From Desulfobacterales bacterium (GTDB taxonomy: Bacteria; Desulfobacterota; Desulfobacteria; Desulfobacterales; UBA5616), in contig JAWODC010000066.1 of the NCBI GenBank assembly GCA_046483495.1, forward strand, positions 1 through 45,690: a stretch of 45,690 bases of DNA. The letters run 5' to 3'. The translations under genes and the position numbers were made by a program. This document shows positions 38,120-45,690 of the stretch, in pieces. Position 1 is the stretch's first letter; each line of letters begins with the position of its first letter. The notes under the pieces are model-generated. The model had not been told where the DNA came from. It saw only the letters and a program-made list of their open reading frames with translations, and did no database searches.

Positions 38120-39337
38120 TTAGTAAATCACCTGCTCCTTTTTCAATGTTTCAATATCTTCCGGTGACATATGCAAATACTGCTGGAAAACTTCTTCGGT
38201 ATGCTCACCGATCAATGGTCCATGCCTCCTGAAGGTTGCCGGCGTTTCCGACAGCCGCCATGGCGGACCGATTACCCAGTTTTTGCCGATGACGGGATGA
38301 TCGACCTGACGAAAAACATGCCGCTCTTTCAGGTGAGGGTCCGCAAAAAGAGCTTCTGATGACAACGACGGGGTAGCCGCCACCCCGACACGCTGAAGAA
38401 TTTCCATCACCGCGTAATAATCGTTATCTTCTGTCCACCGGGTGATGATCTCGTCTAATGCCTCCTCGTTCATTTTTCGTTTCGTCAGATCCGAAAATCG
38501 TTCATCTTCGGCCATTTCAGGCATTTCCATCGCCCTGCACAGGTTTCGCCATTCTTCCTCATTTCCAACAACAATGCTGATCCACTTGTCTTCCCCCCTG
38601 CATCGATAACAGTTATGAGGGGCCATGGTATCCTCCCTGTTGCCCTTGCGCATCGGAACCCTGCCGTTAAAAACGAAATCCAGAAAAATATCCCCGGCAA
38701 ACGTGGCGATCGCCTCTTGAGAAGCCAAATCGATGTATTGCCCTTCGCCGGTTTGCTGGTGATAAAAAAGCGCCGCCAGAATGGCGAATGCCGATGTAGA
38801 GGCGCTTCTCAAGTCAATGGAGCCCATAAAATTACTCGGCGGCCAATCTTCATAACCGGTGATATGCGGAAGACCGGCAAGGGCGGCAAATGTCGGCGCA
38901 TATCCGACATATTCCCGATCCGGTCCGGTTTGTCCACATGCCGAAGACGAGATATAGATAATGTCCGGCTTCACCGCTTTGGCCGCCTCATATCCCAGGC
39001 CCAGGCGCGGCACAACGCCGGGACGCATGTTTTCCATTACCACATCGCTGATGCCGATAAGCTTCTTTGCGATTTCCACGGCTTTTGGCTGCTTCAGGTT
39101 CAAAAGAACGCTCTTTTTATTCAGGTTCAGGTTATTGAACACTTCGGATTCGTTCAGTGTTTCGAATTCTTTGCCGGTGGTAAATGACAGCATTCGTGAA
39201 TGGTCGGGTCGCTGTTGACTTTCAACCTTGATGACTTCAGCGCCTAAAAATCCAAGAAGACACGTGGCGTAAGGGCCGGCCCATGCCGATGTAAATTCCA
39301 CGATCCTTACCCCGTTTAAAGGGCCGTTTGCTTCCAT
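38120..39337 (-). CDS. Family III (CaiB/BbsF-like) CoA-transferase, catalytic subunit
   Basis: WAGP, GAEVIKVE, NLNKKS and ENMRPG motifs; Asp in SIDL; start after AAGGAGG. Confidence 0.92.
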   Translation of the reverse strand: MEANGPLNGVRIVEFTSAWAGPYATCLLGFLGAEVIKVESQQRPDHSRMLSFTTGKEFETLNESEVFNNLNLNKKSVLLNLKQPKAVEIAKKLIGISDVVMENMRPGVVPRLGLGYEAAKAVKPDIIYISSSACGQTGPDREYVGYAPTFAALAGLPHITGYEDWPPSNFMGSIDLRSASTSAFAILAALFYHQQTGEGQYIDLASQEAIATFAGDIFLDFVFNGRVPMRKGNREDTMAPHNCYRCRGEDKWISIVVGNEEEWRNLCRAMEMPEMAEDERFSDLTKRKMNEEALDEIITRWTEDNDYYAVMEILQRVGVAATPSLSSEALFADPHLKERHVFRQVDHPVIGKNWVIGPPWRLSETPATFRRHGPLIGEHTEEVFQQYLHMSPEDIETLKKEQVIY

Positions 39338-39350
39338 GCCGCCTCCTTTA

Positions 39351-40568
39351 TTAAATGATTCCAAGCTCTTGAAATCGGGTCAGTTCATCTTTGCCATATC
39401 CCAGCCGTCCGCAAAAAACAGCTTCATTATGCTCTCCCAGTCGCGGTGCCGGCCGGAATATCTTCCAGGGGGTCCTGGAAAAACGGTACGGGGATGAGGG
39501 AAATTTCTCGATTTTTCCGACCGCCGGATGCTCCGTTTCAACAAAAAATTCACGGGCGTTGAATTGGGGCGATTCCACAACGTCCTTGGCCGTATTCACC
39601 GGCGCTACCGGCACACTGAGGGACTGCCCTTTCCGGAATATGTCCTCTTTGTTTCGATCCTTCATCCATTCCAGAACAGGTTCTTTGATTTTTTCCACAT
39701 TTTCAGTCCGCTTGATACGATCCCGGCACCACCATTCATTGGACCACGGAGGATCTCCAATAAGCTTCATAAACGATCGCCATTGATGCTCCTCCGGTGT
39801 CACTACGACTACATATCCGTCTTTGCATGCCATAATCCCGTCAGGGGTACGGCGCTGAGCCATACCCGCCCTGCTCATGTTCACGCCGCTGTTGGGATAG
39901 GTAACACTTTCCACCCGCTGCATCGACATCAGGGCTTCCATTTTAGACATGCCGATATATTGGCCTTTGCCCGTAAGCCCCCGACTGTACAAAGCCGCCA
40001 TCACCGCGATGGACGCCACAAGGCCCGGATCGAAATTTCCGCTGTTGCCGCCGACTTTAACGGGAGCCCGGCTGAGATCGGGGGAAATCATAGGCAAGAG
40101 GTATCCCTGCCCGCTCATCTGTGAGATGTTCAACTGGTAAGCCTTGTAGTGCTTGTAAGGCCCGGATTGTCCAAAAGGTGTAATGGCCGCCATAATAAGA
40201 CCGGGATTTATCTGCTTTAGCCGGTCGTATCCCAATCCCATTTCTTCCATAACGTCGGGTTGGTGGTCTTCCAACAGGATGTCGGCGTTTTGGACCAAGC
40301 GCTCGAAAATGTGTTTGCCTTTGGGTTTTGACGGGTCAAGGGTAATGCCGAACTTGCTGGTATTGATATACATGAAGAGACCGGATTTTTCAGGATCCGG
40401 TTCATCGCGGAAAAAGGGCGGTTTTCGTCTCGCCCCGTCCCCGATTCCGGGCGGCTCGATTTTTATAACGTCTGCGCCGAGATCCGCCATCAGCTTGGCG
40501 CAGTATGCACCGCTGACGGTTTCACAGAATTCAAGGATTTTTACGCCTTTCAACGCACTGGGTGCCAT
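39351..40568 (-). CDS. Family III (BbsE-like) CoA-transferase subunit
   Basis: LADLGADVIKIEPP, TPFGQSGPY and APRLGEHN motifs; the catalytic Asp position appears to be Asn. Confidence 0.9.
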   Translation of the reverse strand: MAPSALKGVKILEFCETVSGAYCAKLMADLGADVIKIEPPGIGDGARRKPPFFRDEPDPEKSGLFMYINTSKFGITLDPSKPKGKHIFERLVQNADILLEDHQPDVMEEMGLGYDRLKQINPGLIMAAITPFGQSGPYKHYKAYQLNISQMSGQGYLLPMISPDLSRAPVKVGGNSGNFDPGLVASIAVMAALYSRGLTGKGQYIGMSKMEALMSMQRVESVTYPNSGVNMSRAGMAQRRTPDGIMACKDGYVVVVTPEEHQWRSFMKLIGDPPWSNEWWCRDRIKRTENVEKIKEPVLEWMKDRNKEDIFRKGQSLSVPVAPVNTAKDVVESPQFNAREFFVETEHPAVGKIEKFPSSPYRFSRTPWKIFRPAPRLGEHNEAVFCGRLGYGKDELTRFQELGII

Positions 40569-40648
40569 AGTTATCCTTTCTTTATATTTGCCCGATTATG
40601 ATATGGCTAAATTCCGAAGTTCGCATGGATATGCTTGACCATGCAACG

Positions 40649-40695
40649 AAAAAGCACCCTTGGCCGCGCCGGAGCGTGTCAAGAGTGCTTTCTTT
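40649..40695 (-). terminator. Terminator-like hairpin after the ACAD beta gene
   Basis: AAGCACCCTTGGC...GTCAAGAGTGCTT flanked by A and T runs. Confidence 0.5.
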
Positions 40696-40736
40696 CATTT
40701 GGGTATCGAACAAAAGCATAAAGCAAGAGACTTCTT

Positions 40737-41897
40737 TTACATCATGGACAGGAAGTCCGGCTCGTAATTTTCCAATTCTTCAGCGATAATGTCATTGTGA
40801 AAATCCGTGCCGCCGCAATCGTTTTCATTGGCTTTCGCTCTGAGCAGATAAAGACTGATGTCCATCTCCTCGGTCCATCCGATAGCGCCGTGGATGTATA
40901 CTGCGTCATAGCAGACGCGGTGATAGGCTTTGTTGGCCTTTACCTTCACCATGGAATTCAGCATGCGGTCGGGTGTGCCCTCGTTCATATTCCAGGCGGC
41001 TTCATAAACCAGATTTTTCAATCCATCCACTTCGGTGAGCATATTGACCAGCCGATGCTGAAGCGACTGAAAGGATCCGATCTGTTTTCCAAACTGGTAT
41101 CGCTCTTTGGCGTAGTTGTTGGCAATGTCGAGCGCCTCCTGAACACCACCGGACATTTCCGCCGCTTTCAAAACGGCTCCGTATTGAAGTACATAGTCAA
41201 CAACCTGCCAGCCGGCATCCACCTCTCCCACCACGTCTTCTTTGCCGACACGAACATTGTTGAAGCGGACTTCGCATTTCATGTCCCTGGCTGCAGTGGG
41301 GATTTCTTCAATTTCGATGCCTTCGGCGTTTGCATCCGTGATAAAAACGGTTACACCGTCCTCCGGATTTTCCGCCTGGCGCGTCCGTGCAACGACCAGA
41401 AGCTTTTTCGCACTGGTGGCATAGGGAACGAACATCTTCGTTCCGTTCAGGACAAAGCCGTCTCCATCGGGGGTTGCGAAAAGGCGGATATCGGACGCCT
41501 CCCAGTTTGCTGCTGCTTCGTTTACGGCATAACTCCAGACTTCACCTTTTTCGGCAATTTTCGGCAGAATCGCCTTCTTTTGATTTTTGGTGCCGAATTC
41601 CTGTATTGCGGGTGCGCACTGGCAAACCGTCGTGAAAAAAGGACAAGGCACGATGTTCCGCCCCATTTCTTCCATGAATATCATCAAATCCAGATATTCG
41701 CCTTCTGTGCCGTGGTATTCCTCTGGAATGACGAGTCCCATGTATCCAAGTCCGGCAAGCTTTTTCCACATTTTGGAATCATATCCGATCTTATCGGTTT
41801 TCAGTTCCCGGACCTTTTCCTTGGGGCACTCTTTTTCAAAAAATTCCCGTGCCGATTTTCTGATGAGATCCTGATCTTTTGTAAATCCGAAATCCAT
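40737..41897 (-). CDS. Acyl-CoA dehydrogenase, beta subunit
   Basis: LNGTKMFV, RYQFGKQIGSFQSLQH and IHGAIG motifs. Confidence 0.9.
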   Translation of the reverse strand: MDFGFTKDQDLIRKSAREFFEKECPKEKVRELKTDKIGYDSKMWKKLAGLGYMGLVIPEEYHGTEGEYLDLMIFMEEMGRNIVPCPFFTTVCQCAPAIQEFGTKNQKKAILPKIAEKGEVWSYAVNEAAANWEASDIRLFATPDGDGFVLNGTKMFVPYATSAKKLLVVARTRQAENPEDGVTVFITDANAEGIEIEEIPTAARDMKCEVRFNNVRVGKEDVVGEVDAGWQVVDYVLQYGAVLKAAEMSGGVQEALDIANNYAKERYQFGKQIGSFQSLQHRLVNMLTEVDGLKNLVYEAAWNMNEGTPDRMLNSMVKVKANKAYHRVCYDAVYIHGAIGWTEEMDISLYLLRAKANENDCGGTDFHNDIIAEELENYEPDFLSMM

Positions 41898-41986
41898 TGT
41901 TCTCTCCTTTCATGCCAAACAGATAGGATCGTCCAACCCCCGTCCTTTAACCTTGGACAAACCACATGTTGGAAGCCTTCGGGCGC

Positions 41987-43183
41987 CTAATATCCTCTCG
42001 GCAAGCCCAAAGCGAATTGTGCGACAATATTGCGATTGGTATCCGTCGTGCCGGCGGCAAATTTTCCGCCCGGGGTGAGCCAGTAAGCCCATTCCATTAT
42101 GCCCCGTAACCTTTTATGTTTCGTATTTCTATCCAACGGGTCCACTTGAGCATAGGAACCGATTACCTCCGTTCCGACTGTCCCGATTTTCTCCATAATT
42201 TCATCATTGAGTGACTTATCTCGTGATGGTTCATATATAACCATCTCTCCTTTGGATACTTTCCAGGCAGCTTCCAGGGCTAAATTTCTTAAGGCCCTGA
42301 TTTCTATTGCAAGATCTGTAAGTTTGGATCTAATGCCGGGTTTCTTTATGGCACCCGTCTGCCTGGCGCAAACAACCAGCTCGTCGAATATTCGTCTTAA
42401 AAAAGAGCTGCTCCCCAGACTGAAACTCCTCTCAAAGGCGAGTGCCTGCATCAATTGTGCCCACCCATTGTTTTCCTTGCCCACTAAATTTTCAACCGGT
42501 ACTCGGACATCCTTAAAAAAAATTTCTGTAAATATTTTCGCCCCGACAATATTGGGGATCGGCCTTACGGTAACTCCTGGACTTTTCATATCCACCATGA
42601 TGAGGCTGATGCCGTCATGCTTGCGTTTAGCGTTTGGGTCTGTCCTGCAGGCGAGCCAGCAGTATCTCGCCCGATGCCCGACACTGGTCCATACCTTTTG
42701 CCCGTTAATGATATATTCATCACCGACACGTTTGGCCTCGGTTTGAAGGCTTGCCAGGTCACTGCCCGAATCCGGCTCACTGTATCCGGTGCACCAGATT
42801 CCATCAGCTTCACCAGAGGCGATCATAGGGATGTATTTTTTCTTTTGTTCTTCAGTGCCGAACAGCATGAGGGAGGGTCCAACCCAGGATGTTCCGCTTA
42901 CGCCCATTCCCATTCCCGGTATACCCCAGTACCCGGTTTCTTCTCCCATGACGCATCTTTCCCAGACCGATGCTCCCCTGCCACTGTATTCTTTCGGCCA
43001 GGACATGGTCAACCACCCGTTTTCGGATAGCTTTTTCGACATCTTCATGGAAAATTCCCAATCTTCGTCAAAATGCTCGTCAACAAACATACCGACCATA
43101 ATATCTTTTGGGATATTTTCCTTAACGAATTCTCGAACTTCTTTTCTTAATGCCTCTGATTTTTCATCAAATTTAAAATCCAT
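41987..43183 (-). CDS. Acyl-CoA dehydrogenase, alpha subunit
   Basis: WCTGYSEPDSGSDLA, NGQKVWTS and AFER motifs; start at MDFKF. Confidence 0.9.
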   Translation of the reverse strand: MDFKFDEKSEALRKEVREFVKENIPKDIMVGMFVDEHFDEDWEFSMKMSKKLSENGWLTMSWPKEYSGRGASVWERCVMGEETGYWGIPGMGMGVSGTSWVGPSLMLFGTEEQKKKYIPMIASGEADGIWCTGYSEPDSGSDLASLQTEAKRVGDEYIINGQKVWTSVGHRARYCWLACRTDPNAKRKHDGISLIMVDMKSPGVTVRPIPNIVGAKIFTEIFFKDVRVPVENLVGKENNGWAQLMQALAFERSFSLGSSSFLRRIFDELVVCARQTGAIKKPGIRSKLTDLAIEIRALRNLALEAAWKVSKGEMVIYEPSRDKSLNDEIMEKIGTVGTEVIGSYAQVDPLDRNTKHKRLRGIMEWAYWLTPGGKFAAGTTDTNRNIVAQFALGLPRGY

Positions 43184-43281
43184 GAGCAGTCCCCTTCCAG
43201 TCCATATATTACATATTTTAACGCGAGTGTAGGTGATGCAAGGTGGCTTAAAACCTCGGGTCTCCATCATTTGTTCTAAAA

Positions 43282-43310
43282 AATATTGAACAAACGCTCA
43301 GTTTTGTCAA
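43282..43310 (-). promoter_or_regulatory. Promoter with a TetR-type palindrome in the spacer
   Basis: Minus strand TTGACA-17 nt-AATATT, with TGAGCGTTTGTTCA in the spacer. Confidence 0.55.
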
Positions 43311-43346
43311 GACAATTTATTTTTTTATGAGGATAAGGTCTTAAAT

Positions 43347-43414
43347 AGGCAAAACGCCCTCAAATATAGTGAAAAGGGCGGATTTGCCTCACTAATTCCC
43401 GGCATGGCGGGAAT
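43347..43414 (-). terminator. Tandem hairpins after the upstream ACAD beta gene
   Basis: AGGCAAA.CGCCCT/AGGGCG..TTTGCCT and ATTCCCG/CGGGAAT. Confidence 0.4.
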
Positions 43415-43481
43415 GTTTGATGATAGTGAATAAACGAGAATTTTCAAGGCCCTGAAAAATACGTTTAATTCCCTAAACACT

Positions 43482-44639
43482 TTACAGGTTCATGAAGTCA
43501 GGTGTGAAGTTTTCCATTTCTTCAGCGATTCTCTCCAGATGGAAATCCGTTCCCCCACATGCATTTTCGTTGGTTTTCGATCTCAAAAGGTAAAGGCTTA
43601 CATCCATTTCCTCGGTCCATCCAATAGCGCCATGGATATAAACGGCATCGTAACAAACTCGGTGATAGACCTTGTTGGCCTTTACTTTGGCCATTGAGTT
43701 CAACATGCGGTCAGGAGTACCCATATTCATTTTCCAGGCCGCTTGATACACCAAATTTCTGAGACCGTCGACCTCTGTCTGCATTTGAACCATCCGGTGC
43801 TGGAGTGACTGAAATGATGCGATCGGTTTTCCAAATTGTTCTCGTTCTTTTGCATACTTTACCGCTAAACCCAAGGCTGCCGCAACACCGCCTGACATCT
43901 CGGCAGATTTTAAAACACTGCCGAATTGAATCACATGGTCGATAACACTATCACCTTTGTTCAGTTCTCCTATAATATTATCCTTCGAAACAAGAACCGA
44001 ATCGAATCGAACCTCACATTTCATGTCTCTTGCAGCGGTTGGAATCACCTCTATCTCGACTCCTTTACTTTTCGCATCCACGATAAATATCGTTATTCCC
44101 TGTTTTGGATCTGATTCATTCGATGTCCTAGCCGCAACCAGCATCATCTTGGCCGAATTCGCATATGGAACGAAAAGCTTTTTACCGTTCAATACATAAT
44201 CATCACCATCCGGAGTAGCGGAAAATTCTATCGTATCAGATTCCCAACCTGCAGGTTCTTCATTAATGGCAAATGACCAGATGTCGCCTTTTTCCGCGAT
44301 GCCGGGCAAATAAGATTTTTTCTGAATGTCCGATCCAAAGGTGTCAATTGCCGGTGCACACATACAAATTGTCGAGAAATAAGGAGACGGCACGATATTC
44401 CGTCCCATTTCCTCCATAAAAATCATAAGATCGATATATTCCCCTTCAGTACCCCCATAGACTTCCGGCAATGCCAACCCCAAAAACCCCAGTTGGGCCA
44501 TTTTTTTCCAAAATTTGGGGTTGTATCCTTTTATATCTTTTTTGAGTTCTCTAACGATATCTTTAGGGCACTCCTTTTCAAAGAATTCCCGGGCAGATTT
44601 CCTGATCAGGTTTTGATCTTTCGAAAATCCAAAATCCAT
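43482..44639 (-). CDS. Acyl-CoA dehydrogenase, beta subunit (paralog of 40737..41897)
   Basis: Shares long identical blocks with the paralog, e.g. LIRKSAREFFEKECPK and YHRVCYDAVYIHGAIGWTEEMD. Confidence 0.9.
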   Translation of the reverse strand: MDFGFSKDQNLIRKSAREFFEKECPKDIVRELKKDIKGYNPKFWKKMAQLGFLGLALPEVYGGTEGEYIDLMIFMEEMGRNIVPSPYFSTICMCAPAIDTFGSDIQKKSYLPGIAEKGDIWSFAINEEPAGWESDTIEFSATPDGDDYVLNGKKLFVPYANSAKMMLVAARTSNESDPKQGITIFIVDAKSKGVEIEVIPTAARDMKCEVRFDSVLVSKDNIIGELNKGDSVIDHVIQFGSVLKSAEMSGGVAAALGLAVKYAKEREQFGKPIASFQSLQHRMVQMQTEVDGLRNLVYQAAWKMNMGTPDRMLNSMAKVKANKVYHRVCYDAVYIHGAIGWTEEMDVSLYLLRSKTNENACGGTDFHLERIAEEMENFTPDFMNL

Positions 44640-44690
44640 TTTTCAGCTCCTATAAGATGTATTTACCATCGAGTGAGGCCTTTTACTTGT

Positions 44691-45590
44691 CTAATATGGC
44701 TTTGGCAAACCAATTCCGAACTGTGCTACGATATTTTTCATGGTGTCAACCGTACCCGCGGCAATGGCCATGCCGGGAGCGCCCCAATAAAGTGATTCCA
44801 CCATGCCTTTTGCTTTTGTCCATTTGGACTGCAATGCCAACGGGTCCACCTCTGCGTAAGAACCGAGAATTTCAGTGCCGACTTGGGAGAGCCTTTCCCA
44901 TATATCATCGTTGTAGGCCTTATCCCGGGACGGTTCAGCCACGATTGTATCTCCACGGTCTGCTTTCCATTCCGATTCAAGTGTCATTAACTTCAAGGCC
45001 TGAATATCCGTTGCGATTGCGGCGAGCTTGTGTCGTATTTCCCGCCTTTGAAAAGATCCGTTTTCCCTGGCAAATACAACCAACTCATCAAGAATCCGCT
45101 TGGAAAGACAATTGTTTGTCAACCCCACGCCCCTTTCAAATGCAAGGGCCCTCATCAGTTGTGCCCACCCGTTGTTTTCAACGCCGACGAGGTTTTCTGC
45201 GGGCACTCGAACATCCTTGAAAAAAATTTCATTGAAATAGTGCAATCCGACAATGTTGTACAATGGGCGAACGGTAACCCCCTCACTTTTCATATCAACA
45301 ATAATGATGCTTATACCATCATGTTTTCTTTTTGCATTTGGATCCGTCCGACAGGCCAGCCAGCAGTATCTGGCCCTATGTCCCGCACTGGTCCATACTT
45401 TTTGGCCGTTTATTACATATTCATCCCCGTCCCTTACGGCACTGGTTTGGAGACTGGCAAGGTCACTGCCCGAATCCGGTTCACTATACCCCGTGCACCA
45501 TACACCTTCAGCTTCGGCGGCTGCAATTTTTGGAAGGTATTTCTTTTTCTGCTCTTCCGTACCGAACAACATTAAAGAGGGGCCTACCCA
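44691..45590 (-). CDS. Acyl-CoA dehydrogenase, alpha subunit (5'-partial)
   Basis: Matches 41987..43183 from WVGPSLMLFG onward; the N-terminus is replaced by fold-back sequence. Confidence 0.85.
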   Translation of the reverse strand, partial: WVGPSLMLFGTEEQKKKYLPKIAAAEAEGVWCTGYSEPDSGSDLASLQTSAVRDGDEYVINGQKVWTSAGHRARYCWLACRTDPNAKRKHDGISIIIVDMKSEGVTVRPLYNIVGLHYFNEIFFKDVRVPAENLVGVENNGWAQLMRALAFERGVGLTNNCLSKRILDELVVFARENGSFQRREIRHKLAAIATDIQALKLMTLESEWKADRGDTIVAEPSRDKAYNDDIWERLSQVGTEILGSYAEVDPLALQSKWTKAKGMVESLYWGAPGMAIAAGTVDTMKNIVAQFGIGLPKPY

Positions 45591-45690
45591 CTTTAATGTT
45601 GTTCGGTACGGAAGAGCAGAAAAAGAAATACCTTCCAAAAATTGCAGCCGCCGAAGCTGAAGGTGTATGGTGCACGGGGTATAGTGAACC
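45478..45690. other. Perfect 100-bp fold-back inverted duplication at the window end (probable artefact)
   Basis: 45591-45690 is the reverse complement of 45478-45577, with a 13-nt loop. Confidence 0.9.

Noticed and set aside
40797..41990. 397-aa plus-strand ORF, and similar long antisense ORFs at 4307, 18877, 16466 and 33330
   Set aside because: They are antisense shadows of well-supported genes and show no recognisable motifs.
1..45690. CRISPR arrays, transposases, prophage genes, selenocysteine read-through or programmed frameshifts
   Set aside because: None seen. Recognised genes appear full-length apart from the two window ends.

Overview
This 45.7 kb window is chromosomal DNA from an anaerobic deltaproteobacterium. 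Gene content suggests a Desulfobacterales-like organism (inference). From left to right it carries: a truncated type I restriction HsdR fragment; holA-lgt-lspA-ileS; the rmlABCD dTDP-rhamnose operon; small hypothetical genes; tRNA-Leu(TAA); a PilZ protein; acyl-CoA metabolism genes; Smr; a stand-alone EF-G with an ATPase partner; xth and nth; a tetraheme cytochrome c3; and an M48 peptidase. The right third is a CoA-dependent degradation region with three alpha/beta acyl-CoA dehydrogenase pairs, a family III CoA-transferase pair, an acyl-CoA synthetase, an MFS transporter and a nitroreductase, with an orphan hypAB inside it. The most notable non-coding signal is a dispersed family of ~135-150 bp palindromic elements (five near-complete copies plus orphan ends). 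They have terminal inverted repeats and a covarying central hairpin, resembling ERIC/RPE-1 elements, and one copy supplies the rmlD stop codon. Other highlights are a CoA-transferase-GNAT fusion with Glu-to-Gln at the catalytic site and a three-way-junction leader with twin TTCAATC loops. The last 100 nt are a perfect fold-back and are probably an artefact. All calls come from motif recognition by eye; no searches were run.
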